From an uncultured Planctomycetia bacterium (lineage in GTDB: Bacteria > Omnitrophota > Gorgyraeia > Duberdicusellales > 4484-171): a stretch of DNA of 32,000 bases. Of this stretch, positions 28,922 through 32,000 are shown in pieces; position 1 is the stretch's first letter, and each line of letters opens with the position of its first letter. Location: positions 27,603 to 59,602 of the forward strand of contig CAZHYN010000007.1 in the NCBI GenBank assembly GCA_964536865.1. The letters run 5' to 3'. Position numbers and translations under genes: made by a program. Below the pieces are notes generated by a model that saw only the letters and a program-made list of their open reading frames with translations, made no database searches and was not told the origin of the DNA.

Positions 28922-29712
28922 CTCACCATAGTAAGGTAAAGATAAAACGTAGGAGCAGTAAAAATTATACTATCAATAACATCTAAAACTCCTCCCATCC
29001 CTGGTAAAATACTTCCTGAGTCCTTTATCCCACAGTCTCTTTTCAGGAGAGACTCAAACAAATCACCTAATTGAGCAATAATAGCTAGTACTGCAGTAAT
29101 AAATATTTTCTCGGAAAAGAAGAGATTATCTTTTACAAAGAGAGAGAAAAATGCTCCTACACTCAAAGAAAACGCAAATCCCCCTAAGGCTCCTTCCAGA
29201 GATTTCTGAGGACTAATTCTCCTAATAAGAGGAGTTTTTCCCCATCGTTTACCAAAAAAATACGCTCCAATATCTGAAGATTTAGTAACTGCAAGTAAAA
29301 AACCTGCCAAGGCTATTCCCTCATGAAGCTGTCTTATTCTAATAAGGAAACTAAAACACCAAGAAATATAGAGAATACCAAAAACAGTAGCAGAAATAGA
29401 AAATATGGGTTGATAATTCTCCTTCTTAGTAAGCTCTAAGAGAAAAAGTACAAATAATCCAGCAACTATAAATAGGAACTGCCATCCTTCACCGATAGAG
29501 AATTTAAAATAAATAGATACAGGAATAAATACTCCTACCAAGAGACCAAAAAATTTGAAAAGTTTAACTCCTTTAGTCTCTACCATATTAAAAAACTCTA
29601 ACAACCCTATAGCAATAAAAGCACTCACCACCACTCCACATATAGGGTAGAAGACTACTGCAGCAATAGTTATTCCTATAAGAACCAAGGAAGTAAAAAT
29701 CCTTCTCTTCAT
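28918..29712 (-). CDS. cdsA: Phosphatidate cytidylyltransferase
   Basis: 264 aa polytopic protein with the C-terminal signature region SLLKRDCGIKDSGSILPGMGGVLDVIDS. Conserved position between uppS and dxr. Confidence 0.88.
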   Translation of the reverse strand: MKRRIFTSLVLIGITIAAVVFYPICGVVVSAFIAIGLLEFFNMVETKGVKLFKFFGLLVGVFIPVSIYFKFSIGEGWQFLFIVAGLFVLFLLELTKKENYQPIFSISATVFGILYISWCFSFLIRIRQLHEGIALAGFLLAVTKSSDIGAYFFGKRWGKTPLIRRISPQKSLEGALGGFAFSLSVGAFFSLFVKDNLFFSEKIFITAVLAIIAQLGDLFESLLKRDCGIKDSGSILPGMGGVLDVIDSIIFTAPTFYLYLTMVR

Positions 29713-29724
29713 ACAATTCAGAAA

Positions 29725-30441
29725 TTAATCTCTTCTACTAGAAGAAATACTACCAAAACGTCTCTCTCTACGAGAGTAGGCATCCACTGCTTTTATAAGT
29801 TCTTCTTTATTAAAATCCGGCCATAGACAGGGAGTAAAGTATAATTCGGTATAGGCAACTTGCCAGAGAAGGAAATTACTTATACGCATCTCCCCAGAAG
29901 TTCTTATAAGAAGATCTGGCTCAGGTATTCCTTTCAGAGCTAAATAATCAGAGAATTCCTTTTCTCCTATATTTTGTAAGGAAATCTCCTTTTTAGAAAA
30001 ATCTTGAGCTAATCTTTTAGCCCCCTCTAAAATATCCCATCTCCCTCCATAATCCAAAGCAATGTTTAAGATTAAATCTTGATTACCCTGAGTCAACTCT
30101 TCTACTTTTCTTATCTCCTCTAAGAGATTGCTATCTAAGCGGTCTCTTCTTCCAATGAAATTTACTCTCACACCCTCCTGATTAAGTTTCTCTCTCTTAG
30201 TAACAAGAAACTCCTTAAGATAAGAAAACAACATATCTATCTCTTGCTTAGGACGCAACCAATTTTCTGTAGAGAAAGCAAATAGAGTAACAATCTTTAT
30301 TCCTATCTCTTTAGCATTCTTTAGTAAATCTTCTACTCTCTCTATTCCTTTCTTATGACCCAAGGTACGAGGTAAATTTCTCATTTTTGCCCATCGACCA
30401 TTACCATCCATTATCACAGCAATATGTGAAGGAATCTTCAT
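29725..30441 (-). CDS. uppS: Undecaprenyl-diphosphate synthase (cis-prenyltransferase)
   Basis: HIAVIMDGNGRWA, LFAFSTENW, RTSGEMRISNFLLWQ and RRFG. 238 aa. Confidence 0.96.
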   Translation of the reverse strand: MKIPSHIAVIMDGNGRWAKMRNLPRTLGHKKGIERVEDLLKNAKEIGIKIVTLFAFSTENWLRPKQEIDMLFSYLKEFLVTKREKLNQEGVRVNFIGRRDRLDSNLLEEIRKVEELTQGNQDLILNIALDYGGRWDILEGAKRLAQDFSKKEISLQNIGEKEFSDYLALKGIPEPDLLIRTSGEMRISNFLLWQVAYTELYFTPCLWPDFNKEELIKAVDAYSRRERRFGSISSSRRD

Positions 30442-30447
30442 AGGAAA

Positions 30448-30480
30448 CTAAAAATTAAAGGGGCCTTTCCGCCCCTTTTT
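30448..30480 (-). terminator. Rho-independent terminator-like hairpin after the OmpA / coiled-coil gene pair
   Basis: The minus-strand RNA reads AAAGGGGC-GGAAAG-GCCCCUUU followed by AAUUUUUAGUUU. The stem is 30457-30464 pairing with 30471-30478 (GGGGC/GCCCC core). It is the only GC-rich hairpin plus U-run I can find in any intergenic gap of the window. Confidence 0.55.
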
Positions 30481-30491
30481 CTTGGAAAAAG

Positions 30492-30521
30492 ATTTAACTT
30501 TACCCTCCTTTAATTTGTAAA
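30492..30521 (-). promoter_or_regulatory. Weak candidate sigma70-type promoter for the uppS-led gene block
   Basis: Minus strand reads TTTACA (30521-30516), an 18-nt spacer, then TTAAAT (30497-30492). It lies directly after the stop of the upstream gene and upstream of the hairpin. The spacer length is non-optimal and the region is AT-rich, so chance matches are likely. Confidence 0.2.
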
Positions 30522-30529
30522 TTCTTCTT

Positions 30530-30865
30530 TCATAAGAGTTCTTCCTTCAAATTTTCTTCTAACTTATCTTTTAACTTCTTTGTTCTTTCTAATTCTTCTT
30601 TCAAACTGGTATTATCTGTCTCTAGCCTCTTCACCTTTTCCTGAAGTGTAATAATTTCTCTCTTCAACTTATCTATTTTCTCTAAAAGAGCTTTTTTCTC
30701 TTCTTTTAAACCCTCGTTGTTTTTCTCTAATTCCATATTTTGAGAAATAGAGTTATGGTAACTTTTAGAGAGAGTATTAAGCCTTACGGAAAGAGAAATA
30801 CCTGCAATTACCAGAATAATAATTACCCCCAAAAGGATACTAAGTAGAAGAGGCTGATTCCTCAT
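30530..30865 (-). CDS. Membrane-anchored coiled-coil protein (unknown function)
   Basis: 111 aa. N-terminal TM helix LLLSILLGVIIILVIAGISL, followed by about 75 aa of heptad-like E/K/L-rich sequence. 4-nt overlap with the upstream OmpA-like gene. Confidence 0.6.
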   Translation of the reverse strand: MRNQPLLLSILLGVIIILVIAGISLSVRLNTLSKSYHNSISQNMELEKNNEGLKEEKKALLEKIDKLKREIITLQEKVKRLETDNTSLKEELERTKKLKDKLEENLKEELL

Positions 30866-31533
30866 TTAAGTTCCTCCTCTGGAGGTATTTCTTCTATCTG
30901 AGGAAATCCTTCTTTAGAAATAGGAGTTGATAAAGGCTTTTTAATCTTCTCTACCTTAATAGGTACGATTACAATCTCAACTCTCCTATTTAAAGCTCTT
31001 CCTTCAGCAGTAGCATTAGAAGCTACTGGTCTGTATTCGCCGAAACCAGCGACAGAGATCCTTTGAGGAGGTACTCCTTTCTTCTCCAGGTAATGAAGGA
31101 CACTTAAGGCACGATGAACAGAAAGTTCCCAATTGGATTTCCAAGGAGAGTACTTAATAGGCTGATTATCAGTATGACCCTCTATGCTTATCTGATGCTG
31201 AGGCACTTCCTCTTTTAATACTCGGGCTACCTTATCCAGTATAGGAAAACTCTCTTTTTTTAAATTCGCCTTTCCTGGGTCAAAGAGCACTTCGGCAACA
31301 AAAGTAACCACCAATCCTTTTTTTTCCATTTTCAATCGTACCTGCTTATCTTTTATCTCTTGAGCTAATCTCTCCTCGAGAATATCTTTAGTCCTTTTCA
31401 GTTGAGCTAGCTCTTCCTCTAAGGCACGAATCCGTTCGATATCCGAACGTCTCCCTTTTTGAAGGACTACTGCGCATCCACTAAAAAAGAATATGGCCAA
31501 TAATGAAATAATTACTAACTTAAATCTACTCAT
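30862..31533 (-). CDS. OmpA/MotB-family peptidoglycan-binding lipoprotein with an N-terminal coiled-coil segment
   Basis: Lipobox LAIFFFSGC. Coiled-coil IERIRALEEELAQLKRTKDILEERLAQEI. OmpA-like domain motifs are FDPGKANL, IEGHTDNQPI, SNWELSVHRALSV and NRRVEIVIV. AGGAGG SD lies 5 nt upstream of the ATG. Confidence 0.85.
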   Translation of the reverse strand: MSRFKLVIISLLAIFFFSGCAVVLQKGRRSDIERIRALEEELAQLKRTKDILEERLAQEIKDKQVRLKMEKKGLVVTFVAEVLFDPGKANLKKESFPILDKVARVLKEEVPQHQISIEGHTDNQPIKYSPWKSNWELSVHRALSVLHYLEKKGVPPQRISVAGFGEYRPVASNATAEGRALNRRVEIVIVPIKVEKIKKPLSTPISKEGFPQIEEIPPEEELK

Positions 31534-31572
31534 ATAATCCTCCTATCTTAGATATATGTTATTTTTAGTTTA

Positions 31573-31600
31573 AGAATATCATAACCACTAAATTTGTCAA
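31573..31600 (-). promoter_or_regulatory. Candidate sigma70-type promoter for the OmpA-like operon
   Basis: Minus strand reads TTGACA (31600-31595), a 16-nt spacer, then TATTCT (31578-31573). It is about 40 nt upstream of the AGGAGG-ATG of the OmpA-like gene. The -35 box overlaps the stop of the orphan ORF. Confidence 0.35.
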
Positions 31601-31914
31601 GGTATTAAATTTTGAAGCGTTATATTAACTGGGTTATTTTTAAGGGCAAATCTTATCCAGTCTCTCCCTTTTATAGAGATGCCGGCTAATTTCAGGGGAG
31701 ATTTTCCATTTTTATATCTGTTTTTATTCTTCCAATCAGTATGAGGCTTTCTGCCAAAGGCAGATCCACCTCTGGCGGAAAAGCACTGATAAATACCCAT
31801 TAAATTAAGATAGCCTTCTGTTGCTTTTTGATTTTTACCAAATCCTTCTATTGTTTTTAGCCTTCTCTCATCCTGTTTTATAAGGTTTTCGATAATGTAA
31901 AATATTTCCCACAA
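31597..31914 (-). CDS. Orphan 105-codon ORF (hypothetical; possibly a gene remnant)
   Basis: A 318-nt open frame is unlikely by chance in sequence this AT-rich. However, the frame has only a TTG start (31914-31912) and no Shine-Dalgarno (upstream is TCTCCTCTCTTAGGAAT). The first ATG is at codon 39. I recognise no family with confidence. Confidence 0.3.
   Translation of the reverse strand: MWEIFYIIENLIKQDERRLKTIEGFGKNQKATEGYLNLMGIYQCFSARGGSAFGRKPHTDWKNKNRYKNGKSPLKLAGISIKGRDWIRFALKNNPVNITLQNLIP
31735..31790 (-). repeat. 56-nt nested inverted repeat (closing stem plus two GC-rich hairpins)
   Basis: Plus strand reads ATCAGT-ATGAG-GCTTT-CTGCC-AAA-GGCAG-AT-CCACC-TCT-GGCGG-A-AAAGC-ACTGAT. Pairings are ATCAGT/ACTGAT, GCTTT/AAAGC, CTGCC/GGCAG and CCACC/GGCGG. 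The last stem has an A-C mismatch on the plus strand, which becomes a G-U wobble on the minus-strand RNA. Confidence 0.5.
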
Positions 31915-32000
31915 ATTCCTAAGAGAGGAGATTAACAGCTAAATAAAAAGGCATATCCTCACTTTAGGAATCATTGACAATATTAACCTGTTAATGAAAG

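Noticed and set aside
31746-31795. Local resemblance of CTGCCAAAGGCAGAT to the GCCAAGGCAGAU segment of 4.5S/SRP RNA, of CUGGCGG to the ZTP (pfl) riboswitch core, and of CACUGAUAAA to a hammerhead CUGANGA box.
   Set aside because: In each case only one short block matches. The obligatory partner motifs are absent nearby: GGAA tetraloop with AGCA symmetric loop for SRP, GGUGGA plus CCGCCUGGGC for ZTP, and GAAA plus correct helices for the hammerhead. These are most likely coincidental.
31974-32000. Plus-strand TTGACA at 31974-31979 as a possible divergent promoter.
   Set aside because: A -10 element at proper spacing would fall at or beyond the window edge, and no plus-strand gene is visible. 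It cannot be evaluated from this window.

Overview
The window is visibly AT-rich (about one-third G+C by eye) and is an almost gap-free block of bacterial housekeeping genes. Every gene I can support is on the minus strand. Reading in the direction of transcription (high to low coordinates), it starts with an orphan ORF. Next comes an OmpA-like lipoprotein plus a coiled-coil membrane protein, ending in the only recognisable intrinsic terminator (about 30448-30480). After that, 31 consecutive genes follow with no gap larger than 29 nt: uppS-cdsA-dxr-rseP-ispG-proS-rimP-nusA-infB-trpS-scpA-ruvB-DUF2905-tgt-trmD-rplS-rnhB-yraN-fchA-folD-metF-flavoprotein-guaB3-like-guaA-dnaE-HU-hisS-aspS-LysM lipoprotein-phoH-7TM protein (cut by the window edge). 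I found no rRNA, tRNA, CRISPR array, intact mobile element or defence-island-like content. I therefore do not see an obvious new multi-gene system. The parts worth a second look are listed below. (1) A C1-folate module: a stand-alone FchA cyclohydrolase overlaps a FolD homologue whose three cyclohydrolase-associated residues all look substituted. It is followed by MetF, which is coupled by an ATGA overlap to a flavoprotein with a degenerate NAD(P)H-binding motif. (2) An RseP site-2 protease carrying three copies of an unrecognised module of about 50 aa, two inserted into the PDZ region and one in a C-terminal tail. (3) Precise domain losses in bacterial-type AspRS (no GAD insertion) and ProRS (no INS editing domain), and a PgpH-like protein without its extracellular domain. 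(4) A GuaB3-type IMPDH relative, rather than canonical GuaB, next to guaA. (5) A GC-rich nested inverted repeat inside a start-codon-poor orphan ORF at the 3' end of the window. All homology calls come from motif recognition by eye; no searches were run.
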